Shown in pieces: positions 1 through 11,239 of a stretch of DNA of 64,000 bases. The position numbers and the translations under genes were made by a program. The notes beneath the pieces were generated by a model, which saw only the letters and a list, made by a program, of their open reading frames with translations, did no database searches and was not told the origin of the DNA. This DNA comes from Blasia pusilla (Eukaryota): positions 35,464,001 to 35,528,000 of the forward strand of contig CM114271.1 of the NCBI GenBank assembly GCA_050084515.1, in the 5' to 3' direction. The stretch's first letter is position 1. Every line of letters starts with the position of its first letter.

Positions 1-867
1 GACGGGGCGTAGATCAAATGCCTGTTCGCTAGGGAAGAGCAGTCCAACATCCGGCAGAAGCTTGATCCAAGAGGGTATGGAACTCGATCCCACCATCTCA
101 TCGGCACCAATGCGCACTGTAAGACTGCCTAAACCTGTCGTTTCACAACTCTCTGGCCGTGTGAGGGTAGCTTCCCCGTTCGATGGTAAACTCACGATCG
201 CAAGCTCCCCCTTATCATGCAGAGTATCTTCTAATGGATGCTTGGGACCACCTGGGCGCTTCGAAGACACTTGGCCCTTCTTACCTCCCATGATCAGATA
301 TTGTTGTTTTTTGCCTCCCCTACCATTGATAGCCCTCTTCGATCCTGGGATTTTTGGTCGTAACCTATACGATACTTGCTCGTCATCTTCGGGGATGGAG
401 ATCAGGTCCACATTGCGCAGACCGAGAACGGCAATGCGAGCAGAGCCCAGGTGATGGGTCTTTTCTAAGGGATGCTGTAGAATAATTATCTCTGTTTTGT
501 TATTCACCACACACTGAATCCGACTGCAGATGCAAAGAGATGCTGCTTTGCAACAACTCTTGCAAAATTCGCGCCTCTTTCGCGCGGTCTGCTTCTGGCC
601 TTCCTCCAATGTACCATTATCGACCGCAAGCACCACGTGCTGCTGAAGATTGTCCACCGCAACATCTGATGTATCGTCCTCCCTCTCTGCGGCAGAAGCA
701 TTTGTCACATCCAAAGCTGAAAACTCTGAAGCAAAGGAGGCATCAACCACTTTGGAAGAAACCAGTTTCCTACTCATACGAGTGCTTGAAACCTCTGAAG
801 AATTCAGAAACGTCGCACTACACTGTCCAACCACCGGCTCTGGCATCGCACCCACGCCCAATTTCAT
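1..867 (-). CDS. DTWD2: DTW-domain protein (tRNA-uridine aminocarboxypropyltransferase, DTWD2/TapT-like); 3' part lies outside the window
   Basis: Minus-strand frame is stop-free from 1065 to base 1; it is absent from the ORF track because there is no stop in the window. From ATG 867: MKLGVGAMPE...KRREFCKSCCKAASLCICSRIQCVVNNKTEIIILQHPLEKTHHLGSARIAVLGLRNV...VGLLFPSEQA. This matches the RxxCxxC..C.C / ILQHxxE / LLFP pattern of DTW proteins. Acceptor ttgcAG at 930-929. Confidence 0.85.
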   Translation of the reverse strand, partial: MKLGVGAMPEPVVGQCSATFLNSSEVSSTRMSRKLVSSKVVDASFASEFSALDVTNASAAEREDDTSDVAVDNLQQHVVLAVDNGTLEEGQKQTARKRREFCKSCCKAASLCICSRIQCVVNNKTEIIILQHPLEKTHHLGSARIAVLGLRNVDLISIPEDDEQVSYRLRPKIPGSKRAINGRGGKKQQYLIMGGKKGQVSSKRPGGPKHPLEDTLHDKGELAIVSLPSNGEATLTRPESCETTGLGSLTVRIGADEMVGSSSIPSWIKLLPDVGLLFPSEQAFDLRPV

Positions 868-1891
868 CTCACGACCTTTCAACCAGCTCTTCACAGGCGA
901 CAGGAGTGAACATCTATGAGATAGATCACTGCAAAGTAACACATGATGACACATAGCGAAAAGTTGGTTCTCTGTCACACAGTCGAATAGCTCGCCTCTC
1001 AACGCAATGCTTGAACAGAAAAGCGCGCACACGAGATTCAGAGGGTGGTACCTCTTTCCCAAAGGCTAAGACGAACTTTCATCAAACCAACAGAGACGGT
1101 TTCTGCACTGGCAGCAGACACACAATCTTCCGGCCCAAAAGCTCATACTTCGCCATCCGGCAGATGGCCAACGCTTTCTCCCACCTGCCCTTCACCCAAA
1201 CTGACGTACGAATTAAGACAACTCAATGCACAGGAGATCGTTCCCTAATTCACAATCGGTGCTCCAGCACTAGGCGAGTTGATTGCGCGTGAAGATGCTG
1301 ACAAACAACTGCAATTTGTTTCTCGAGGCAGGCACCAAATAGCCACCCCGCACATCCAACGACTGCTACTTCGGATTCGTCGTGCTACTGCACTGAACCC
1401 TAATCAACCGACGGCCAATCCCTACCTTTCCAGCCCTGCTTCCCAAAAAGAGAAGCCCTCGTTTGTCCCCTTCAAGAGAAGACTCACGATCAGTGGGCCC
1501 ATGAGTGAACGCCATCTCATGGAGGCAAATGCAGCACGTAGACAGCGTCCCACATCCTTCGACAGCTTCCTAGCCGACATCTAAAACGGCCCTCAATCCC
1601 TAAACACGAGTGGAAAAAGAAATTCATTTTAAAACAAAAACCATTCACGACGATCACAATTTGTGACGTCCGGCACATGAGCCTCGAGGCATCAAGCAGC
1701 CTCACCATTCAGACGTGACACGAATCCTGGACTCCAGAGCTCCGCATCAATCACCGGCAATTCAACTGCAACTAAAGCGCTCCTTCATCGCCCCCTCGCC
1801 CCACCCGCAGCCACCGCTCTCCATGATTTTCCTCACTTCCTCGGAATCTACAACAACATCATCACCAACGCGTTGGAAACTCCGCACTCAC

Positions 1892-2100
1892 CTTCACCTT
1901 CACCTTCACCGAAATCGCGACGCCACGCGACGCGATTCCGGGCTCGCGAACTGGCAGCTCCGGCAGTCAAACCCACTCCTGCGCCCAACAGCTCTGACTT
2001 CTCAGGGACTTCGCTTTCTGCGTCGTCTGTCCGTCTTTCGCTCGTGAGAAGTGGTTCTGTTCTTCGCCATCCACTCCGCCACAACAAACCCTAAAACCGG
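1892..2100 (-). other. Probable 5'-UTR exon of the DTW gene with a short uORF
   Basis: Minus-strand donor AAG|GTGAGT at 1891. GC-rich leader. uORF 2070-2002 encodes MAKNRTTSHERKTDRRRRKRSP*. Confidence 0.5.
2086..2094. promoter_or_regulatory. Telo-box (AAACCCTAA)
   Basis: Exact AAACCCTAA near the inferred TSS of the DTW gene. Telo-boxes are typical of plant translation and RNA-processing genes. Confidence 0.5.
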
Positions 2101-3073
2101 ATCTTCATTAATTATGGGACGCATTTCACTGGCGCGAGAGAAAAAAGAATAAAATATATTTATATATATGTATTAAGAAAAAGGATGGAAACCCATCACG
2201 ATACAAAAGAGGAGGCATGGAGAAAAAAAAATAGACCACAAGAAAATGGGATTCACGCGGAATTCGAACAAGGGATTAGTATATTTGTCCTTCAGATTTA
2301 TTCGTATGTTTTGGTCCTTTGCTTTACTCATCAAAAAATTTAAAAAACTTGAAGGTTGCTGTTTTTTGAGCTTTGCATGAGCCATTAATTAAATAAATCA
2401 GAAAAGAAAATACTCTTTCACGTAAGGTGAAATGCACGTGCAATGCAATGACTCAATAAAGAAGCATTTGTCGAAATAGTCATAATAATCTTATTTGAAA
2501 TAAAAAGAATTCTAAAAATGAAACCACATGAGTTGGAAAGAGGACGTGTGTAATAGTTTGGTATTGATGACTCTAAGGAGGCACCTTTGCCTAATAGTAT
2601 GGAAATGGTATGTATAGATTTGATAGCTTGTAGGAGAATCAAGATGTCACACCAAACTCTAATATGGTATCTTATATGGAAGCTAAATTCATTGTGTTTT
2701 GATGAATGAAGTATGCCACACATGACCCTAATATTGGATCTTAATATTCTATGTGTTTGGTAACTTCAAATAAGATAAGGAGGATTGTAAAATGAGAAGG
2801 GGAAGATTTGCTTGATGATAGGAGTTGACCGGTGAGAAATGAAAGAAAGAACGCTTCTTCCATTTTCTTCTTGACTCCCATCAAAATTGTAACTGAACTC
2901 ATTACCAATCAACCATGGTCTTGCTCTTCAAGTTCTATCCTTAGGATGAAGCCTTCAACAATTAAAGAAGAAGTATTTGTCTTCTCTTTTTAATTAAAAA
3001 TTCGTTTAATCTCTTAAGATTATTGGACAAAACTTTTCTGCATGCATAAACTTATGTGTTATATATAACATAC

Positions 3074-3268
3074 TAGTAAGTTGTGTGTGCCTTGCATGGG
3101 AATGTACATCATTCCTTTAACTTAGTTCTCTTCTGTTTCAACTTAGCCCCTTACCCTTAACTTAAATCCTTCAAAATGACACACATCAATACGAGAGGAG
3201 TCCGTAAAACACATATGTCAACGGTAGGAGGAAGGATTACATAAACCCATCCTCTCTCAACAGTCTAG
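3074..3268 (-). mobile_element. Non-autonomous mini-Helitron-like element
   Basis: On the minus strand it begins TC and ends with a degenerate CCCATGC..GCAC hairpin plus CTAG, flanked by A/T. Related to the plus-strand TCTATATAATTAAAAGAGGAT.. start near 5610. Confidence 0.45.
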
Positions 3269-6200
3269 ATGAGTTAAAATTTCTGCACATCCAAAAATAC
3301 TCACAAGTTATCTTAACTTAAGCCAACGAGAGGATGTTAGGCAAGAAGTTAAAATTGAATAGTCTCCAAATACTCTAATAGCCATCACTATAAAAGGGAT
3401 CTAAAAGTACTCCTTCATCCCAAAGATTTTAAGGGTGAAAAAATGGAAATTTTATACACGTATGAAATCAAGATTCTAAAGTAACGTAGGAGAGATCTTG
3501 ATCCATCATAAAAACACCTAAAATTAGGGAAATTAAATCAATTGATATGTTTTCAAATACCCTAATGAATGGGATTAAATATATTTCACAAAAATTCAAA
3601 AAAATCTTCATTCCTTTCTAAGATTTTCTCGCTGCCCATTATATCAAAAAAAAACTATCACTTCCCTAATGCAGTGTGTCCAAAAAATAGATTATCCTTC
3701 CATAATAATATATAGAGTAGGGATATGCGTGTGCTTGTGCTACGCATGGATCAATTCTTGTTGGAATCAATTCTACTAAAATAAAGTGTATATGCCACTA
3801 AAGGAAGAAATTGTCAATATATTAAAAATTATATTTTCTCGCGCCATGCATAGCATCTTAAAGGGATATTAAGGGAGGTAGTGGGAAATTAGGGAGGTTC
3901 TCCGATGCTCCAAAATCCAATTTAGCTATCATTGCAACAAAAATTGTTTAGTGAGTAGCACACGGGCATACCCCTAGTGTTAGCTTATATTACTTGTATA
4001 AATCATATTTGGGAGTAGTGAAGAACCTTCCTTCATTGCTCACTCCCTCATCCTTAATATCCCCGTGAGATGCAATACATTGTGGGAGAATTTGTTAATT
4101 TAATGCGTTGACAATTTTATCATTTAGTTGCATATGCACTCTGTTTTTAATAGTATAGATAACACTTGATCACATTCCCAAAACTTCAAATCCACTTTTT
4201 CCTCTTCCTACACTCCCTTGCAACAACCATGGTTGCATGGAAACCATGTTCTTGTCCACGAACATGCCCAACGTGTACGGGTCCCGCGCGTGAGTTTTTT
4301 TAGTACCCTAATGCCCGCACGGGCTTGGGACGCGAGAAAGGGTGCTCATATCACATGAGGCAGGAAAAAAGTGGTCCACATGAAGCTTGCATTGCGGGGC
4401 CCTGTGCGAGCTTGTTGTGAGCCAATGCGGGCTTAGAGCGGGCCGATGTGGGCTACAAAATGTGCAAGGAGTTCTCAAACTGGGTGTGGGATGGTTGAGC
4501 CCGAGTCTATGTTGTGGGCGAGGTGGACTCAGCTGCAGGCTGTGAGTTCTCGAGCCCACATGAACATGTCCGTCCCATGGATGAATATGCACATGTTCGC
4601 ATATACGGAATTTTTCCGTGTGCAACTTTGGCAAAACCTTCAATCCAATCTCCTTTAAGATACAAAAGAAGCATTAGGTGTTCCAAGATAGCCTTGACAC
4701 ATTGATTCCACTAGCCATCCAAAGAGACAATATCTCATTCTAGTTACAAATCTACCATATTAGCCTTGCGCAAGCATAGTAAAACCTTGTATAGTAGCAT
4801 AGATGGGATGGATACCAAATGGCTACTTGGGGTGAGATTAGGTGTCATATTTCCACCTCTCTCCATATATGCAATGTTTCATGACAAAAGGGAAAATTCA
4901 ATGTGCTTGGGCTTATTACTCTACCATTCAATTGTAAGTTGTAAACACTTGTAAGAATGCCAACTTTGGGATCCACTTATCGTCGTCCTATTACACTAGC
5001 AATCCCCATTTTTTTTATTGTCTCACAAGAGTATAACCATCAGGTGACCCTTTGAAAATTCCAATTGTAGTAAAAAGAACTTGAAACCATTCCAAAGCAC
5101 CTATAGACTATGTGCCATCTTAAATAAAAAATTTATGCGAGGAGAGAGAAGAAAAAATTCCCAAAGATGACAAATATTTGTGCTAGAAAATCTCTCTTGA
5201 AGCTGCTTAAATCTTTTACTAGCTCATTTACGATCCCAATTACATGGACTTCTTTGTATAGGGGTCAGATTTATCCACATCGGAGATAGTTCGATCTTCT
5301 ACATATATCTCTCCTTTGTCCACCCAAGAGTAACAGATTTATGAAATTGTGGATGCATATCCAACTCATTTAGATCTATATTTCTTCAAACATTCATTCT
5401 CAAATTTATCATATGCTTCATTTCCATTTTTATTAGGATACCAATTACGTGTCCATATTTCATGTTGAGGGCCCATATTTTCTCATATTCCTCCACATTA
5501 AAAAAAACTTTTTTTTTGCTTTTTCTTTTGCTCATTTGAGCTAGGGCACACGCAGATGCATATCAACCCCTTGATGTCTATTTGTAAAGTGGTACTTTTA
5601 AAAATCCAATCTATATAATTAAAAGAGGATGGGGGTTAGGACCCTTTCCTCCGATGGTGACACGTGTACATTTTGGCCTCCTCTCGAGATGACACGTGTA
5701 ACACTAAAACTAAATTAACCGAACAGAAGAATTAGAATTAAATTAAAATTATCGCGCGAGATGCTTTGCCTTTCCGAGGGAGTTGCCTTTCCTTCCATCC
5801 GTGTATAGCACGGCCATTATGCCGGATAGTTTTATAATTTCATCTTTGTTAGCACAATGCAACTAGGCAAATGCACAAAACACAAATCTCCATAGTTATG
5901 GAAAAAAAATCAATCCAGTAAACAACCCAAAAGCTAATTATTAAGGTCCCTACAAACTCTCACTATTTTTTCCCTTGGCCATCTTGGAGCATCCACGTGT
6001 CCTCTACTATTAATTAGTCTCTTCTCCTCCGTTACCCGTCTCATAGGAAAGTGTTCATTTACATCCGTCGTGGCCGCGGGTAGCTCTGAAAAGAAGAAAT
6101 AAAACATATGTAGAAAAAAGGATGGGAAACCCATCACGATACAAAAGAGGGGTTATGGAGAGCCAAAAAATAGACCTCAAGAGGCCGGAACCGGCCCCGA

Positions 6201-7319
6201 GAGAGAAAGAAGGGGGTCTTCTCCTCTAACAACCAAAATCACCAACAACAGAGACAATGTCAGTAACACCTAGAGAACTATGACTACTACTAAATTGGCG
6301 TCTAGCATTTGCGTCTCCCACCGCTGAAGCCCATTTGCCTGGGCGCGCTGCAAAGCTATGGAAACCCGTTGTCTACAATAAAATGTCGCAGAAACAACGT
6401 CTTAACAAACAACGTCTTAACTCATGGTCAACAGCTGTCCCAAAAACAACCCGCGGGTAGCGCGTCCTCTCTTCCCGGTCCGTGGGCTTTGTATTCTCCC
6501 TCGTACGCAAGCGCACACCCAACCAATTTGGACACACTTCCTCCAAGTGATTCTATATAAAGCGAAGGAAAGGACGGCCCTTACGCACACTTAATCCACA
6601 AGTCCTCCGGTGGAACAAAGAAAGCACCACGTGGCAGGCGCGCTGCGAAAGGCGCCCGGCGCGCGAATGAATGCGTCCGCACCGGATAATATATTCTGGT
6701 GGGGCCCAGCCGCCCAAGTTCTCGAAAGCTCTACAAGATTCTTCTGACGTCGACCGTCTGAGTCGGTCTGACGGGATTGCAACCGGTGGTGCCGGAAATG
6801 CGAGCCCGGCGTGTCGGCTCTGAAGCCGAGGACATAACGTGAGGCGAAGGAGAGAAACCGCCGGTTAAATATCCGCCCAGCAGGGTAACGAAACGAAGTG
6901 ATACATATTATCTTTTCATTAAAAATTTTAATTATAAATATTATTTGGTTTAATTCCGGATGATTTTTTATTTTTCAGGAGAAACCTAATCCATTTGTGC
7001 CTTATCACACATCTTAAAACTACAATGTGTTAGATTTTTTCCATTCTTTACAATTTTTTCTATTTTATATAATATTCTACTGTTAGAAAAAGGTCTCTAT
7101 GAAAAATGAATCAATATTTTATTTTCTCATTTTTCCCCAAGGAAAAACTCCCCTTCCTTCAAATAAAATTTTCCCTCCAAATTTTTCGTGTTATGTGTAT
7201 TACATAATTCATAGTATATTTTTTGCCAAAAATTTATTTTCAAGTATATATATATATATCTTGGTACACAATATTAATTTTTGTCACATACTCATGTTTA
7301 CCTTGACAACTGGAGCACC

Positions 7320-8000
7320 GGACTTATATAGACAATCCCACCAAAAGGCCACATAAATGAAACCATGGCAATCGCACCATACTATCTTAACTATTTAGAG
7401 TAAGTGGTCTTAAATTGGCCCACATCTTGGAGGAATGTACCTTGCAAATACAGTCACTAGAGTTCCTCCCTACCATGTATTTGGAAGGCTCAACTATTAA
7501 TAAATGATTTTCTTCAAGGCCTCCTTGGGATACTACTCCAACACTCAAGTTCATCTTATCATCGAATTCCACATGTGCATGACGTTATGGTGCATAGCAG
7601 CACATATGGTCCTTCCATACCATATCATTACGAACTTCCATATCAAAAAATTGTGAAGGCAATATCCTCCTTGCTCTCAAGATATTGTGAGTTGTAGTAA
7701 CATTTAGAGTTTTTCGTGTGGCTTGCTGCGTACATACATAATCACAAGGGTGAACCTTGTAAGCATCTAAACTATAATATTCTCCTAAAACAATGGCATA
7801 ACTTAGTGTATCATAATATTTAGAAATATCTAGGTTCTAGAATGTCATGGCCATCACTCATTGAAAGAGTTTGACATAGTTAGAACACTCTCATCCACAC
7901 ACTCGAATTATCAAGGTCCAGACCTCCAAATTATTATGAAGTATTACCACCGATAATTCTATTTAGTACTCGACCAAATAACAAGAAAGACGGTGAAAAG
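7320..8000 (-). mobile_element. Highly decayed Ty3/gypsy integrase C-terminal fragment (PHD lineage)
   Basis: Minus translation ..VWKDHMCCYAP.. resembles IWKDHVRNCAPCH at ~32885. Confidence 0.35.
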
Positions 8001-8537
8001 GATGCACATCTACTAAATTACTAAATCATAGATAGATATGATAGTCGTATATCCTAATTCCCCAACTACTTTTGCGAAAAGCTATACCATGGCAAACTCC
8101 TCTTTACCTTATAGACCACCATTTTTCCAACCCTTAAATCTTAGGATGATCCCAAGATATAGTCTAATATTCAAACAAATTAAGCTAGAAACTCCGTATG
8201 AAACTCTATCCCATGGTCGATATGCACTACTTTTTGAGGTGCAATAGACTTTAAAGGAATTGAAGAGGAGAAGGCTTCTCCATTTCCAATGTGAATTGAT
8301 CGAGAGAACTGTAATTTATATCATAGTTTTAGGTGAGATATACTTGACACAAATTTTGTGAGGCATCAATGCCAATCATGGTATGATTGAGTGGGGTAAA
8401 TCACAAGGTGCATGCATGTGGGCACTTTCATTGCTAATTTCTAGATGGTTCTTTGTTGCTACTATGCCAAATGAAAGTTGGATAGGAGTAAAATTATTGA
8501 AAGGTCGAAAGTGATTGTGGAGAAGTAAAAGGATAGT

Positions 8538-9040
8538 TGTCACATCTTAGTTATCCGACATGTAGAGTTCTACCTTGTCGACAGCATAGAGGGTCAGCCG
8601 GCGTAACTTCGTCCTAAGATGTCGGATGAGGTTGGCGACACGTCCATTGCATCGGGAGTGTTATTTCTGACAATTTCACTTCTTTGCTATTTCTGGTCAA
8701 GTGACCCATTGATCTATAGATGTTCTATGCAATTGCGAAATAGTTCAAAGTACTCCATTTAAGTACTCATAACTATTCGAGTACAAGGAGGGGAATAATC
8801 TAGTCAACGATCACCCAGTAACCTGTGCACGCAAGTTACCGTTTGGAGGCTATTTTAAGAAAGAGAGAGATGGCTTTCCCAAGCCATCTGTCTCATGTTA
8901 GGCCTTAGGAGCACCTCTCTTGCTTTCTGTGTAGTAGGAATTAGGGCGATAGCATCTGGATTCCCTCATAGTGGAGGGTGGATGTGGCTCAATATGAAAA
9001 TATGGATTCAAGAGTGGAGTAGGCTATGTGATTTATTTTT
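8538..9040 (+). mobile_element. Truncated LTR, same subfamily as the solo LTR at 29958-30573
   Basis: Starts TGTCACATCT; colinear similarity to ~29958-30430 (gtcggatgagg, gatggctttcc.aagccatct.tctcatgtt.ggcc.t.ggagcacct). Confidence 0.65.
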
Positions 9041-10402
9041 ACTCTAATCTTACATGAGAAAGATGCAAAGGGGAACAAGGAATTTGTTGTATGTAGATAG
9101 TCTAGCAAGTTGCCTTGGTAGGGAGCCCTTGGAGACATTGGTTGGCGTTTGTGTTGTCATTTTTGTTTGGAAGCCCGTGCGTGGAAGTGTTGTCCAATTT
9201 TCTTAGAGTTCTGCAGGTCATCTACTGAGCTAGGGTAGAGGCGGCAGGAGCGCTTAGGTGTAGCATGCAATGTGTAATCGACGAGTGAGCGGCATAGTCG
9301 CTTAGATTAGGGCAAAAGCTTAGGTTGCATAGAGCACAGTTGAGCTAGAATTATGCATGTAGAGAAGTCCCATATGGAACCAAGTCAAAGCTGGCTCAGT
9401 TGGGGATTCTTCTGTGTAAGTGGCATCGGACAGAGTAAGATAGGTTGTGTAGGTGTTAGATACGTAGGCAAGCTAATGGAGCCATATGTGTAAGGCAAGA
9501 GATAGTAGAGGCACAAGGGTAGAAGAGGTCAACAAGGGCAACAACTAGACGAGGGACACATGGGTTTAGGGTGTGTGGAGTCAAGGGTTGAGAGAAAGGA
9601 AAGAAGGATAGAGCCATAATAACTCCAAGGTACATGGGAAGTACAAAGATTCCTACAACTACGACTATATAGAGGGTGGGCACGGCCGCATAGGGCGGCG
9701 TGCCCATAGCTAACGGATCGAAGGAAAGAAGAGTTGAGGGCGCACGGACGCGTACCAATAAAGGTCAGATGGGAAGTAGAAGGCATCAAAGTCATGCATG
9801 AGGTACATCACGAAAGTTAGAGGGTGCTACCCATGATATAATTTGAATATGAAATCTGATAGGGCTAACTTTCATATTGATTTGATAGCAATTAAATTAA
9901 TTTTTTATATCAATAAACTTTCCACGTCAATTGTATGCACAAAATTTTCTATAGCAAAAATTTCAATACAAAAATGACATCACAAATTCATCAAACACAT
10001 ATCATATTCGAATTGATATCAAAATGGCGTAGCTCCAAGTAGTTTGATGTACAACATGGGGTTACAAAGTTGGGTGAGTTTTGAATAGAGAAAGCTGGCG
10101 GAAGGAGTGAGGACGTCCAAGTACAAGGGAGTCAGGTTTGAGGGAGCGGCATAGGGCGGCGAGCGAGGGGTGGATGAAGTTGGGCTCTACGCGGCGTGTG
10201 TGCATATGCACGCTAAAGTGGAGGAGATAGCCACAAGTAGGCATGCAAGAGCAAGGTAAGTTGGTAAAGATGGAATGGAGCCTCTGCATAGGGAAGCATA
10301 CCTATGGGGGGGTAGTATAGGCACCATGTAGAGGTGGGTACGCAAACGAGCTAGAGGCATGGGTGAACCAAGTAGGAAGTGAGTAACCGTGGTAGACGTG
10401 GA

Positions 10403-11017
10403 TATCGTGCGCATACACATCGCTACGCAACATACATCGTTGTCAACAAATATACACATAAATACACACAATCCCATGCTTACTCGTGGCATCCAGAAAA
10501 CAAAACGAGAAGTACCAAAATATCTCCAATTAAATCGATCCAATCTCATATCACATCTCACACCAAGCTCTCCATGGTGTGCACTCTCTCTCATGTCAAA
10601 CCAAACCCACTCTCTTAATGAGAGGCTTAGGTTACATACACAAGGCAAGGAGGACCATAGCTCCGCCACCTCATGCCAAGAGGTTCAACAAAGAGAGAAT
10701 GAGCTCTCAAGTTCTCTCTCTTGGAGGTATATCCCCTTCCCTCTCCCAAGCTCTCTCCTCGGTAGCCTATGTTTGCAGGTCACCTCCTTGGCTCTTGACC
10801 TACTGCAGCGGGTCAAGGGCCACTTTCCAAAGTGGAAAGACAAAGTGAAATAGTAAGTTTCTCTATATGACTCCAAATGAGCCAAAACAAAGGGGAAACC
10901 TGCTCTCTCAGGTTACCCGTGGCATCAACAGATCATCCTCGACCTCTAGAGGCTGTCCTCTAGTATCTATGAAGGCGCTCTACTAGATCTCGCCGATCAA
11001 TCCTAAAAGACGTCATA
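10403..11017 (-). mobile_element. Solo LTR of the PHD/DNMT gypsy lineage, 4-bp TSD TGGA
   Basis: Diverged reverse complement of LTR 33438-34049 along its full length; TGGA at 10399-10402 and 11018-11021. Confidence 0.85.
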
Positions 11018-11239
11018 TGGATGACTAGCCACATGTGGTTGGATGTAGATATGATTGATTCGAGTTACGTAGTAGGAGAGATTTTTTAGACTTGGTGTTT
11101 TTATAGTGTGGATGGGAATTGCGACGGGAGTTTGTTTGCAAATGCGAGTCGATTAGATGTCAACTTAGTAGTACTTTATTGACTGTGGACACGAGAGTTT
11201 GTGAGGGAGTGTTAGTGATGGAGACACATTCGTCGATGT

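Noticed and set aside
62-956. Plus-strand ORFs of 130, 138 and 89 aa
   Set aside because: Antisense shadows of the minus-strand DTW coding frame.
10187-10885. ORFs recurring at 10.4, 27.0, 33.6 and 44.4 kb (MHSLSCQTKP..)
   Set aside because: Chance ORFs within copies of the same LTR; the frames are not conserved.
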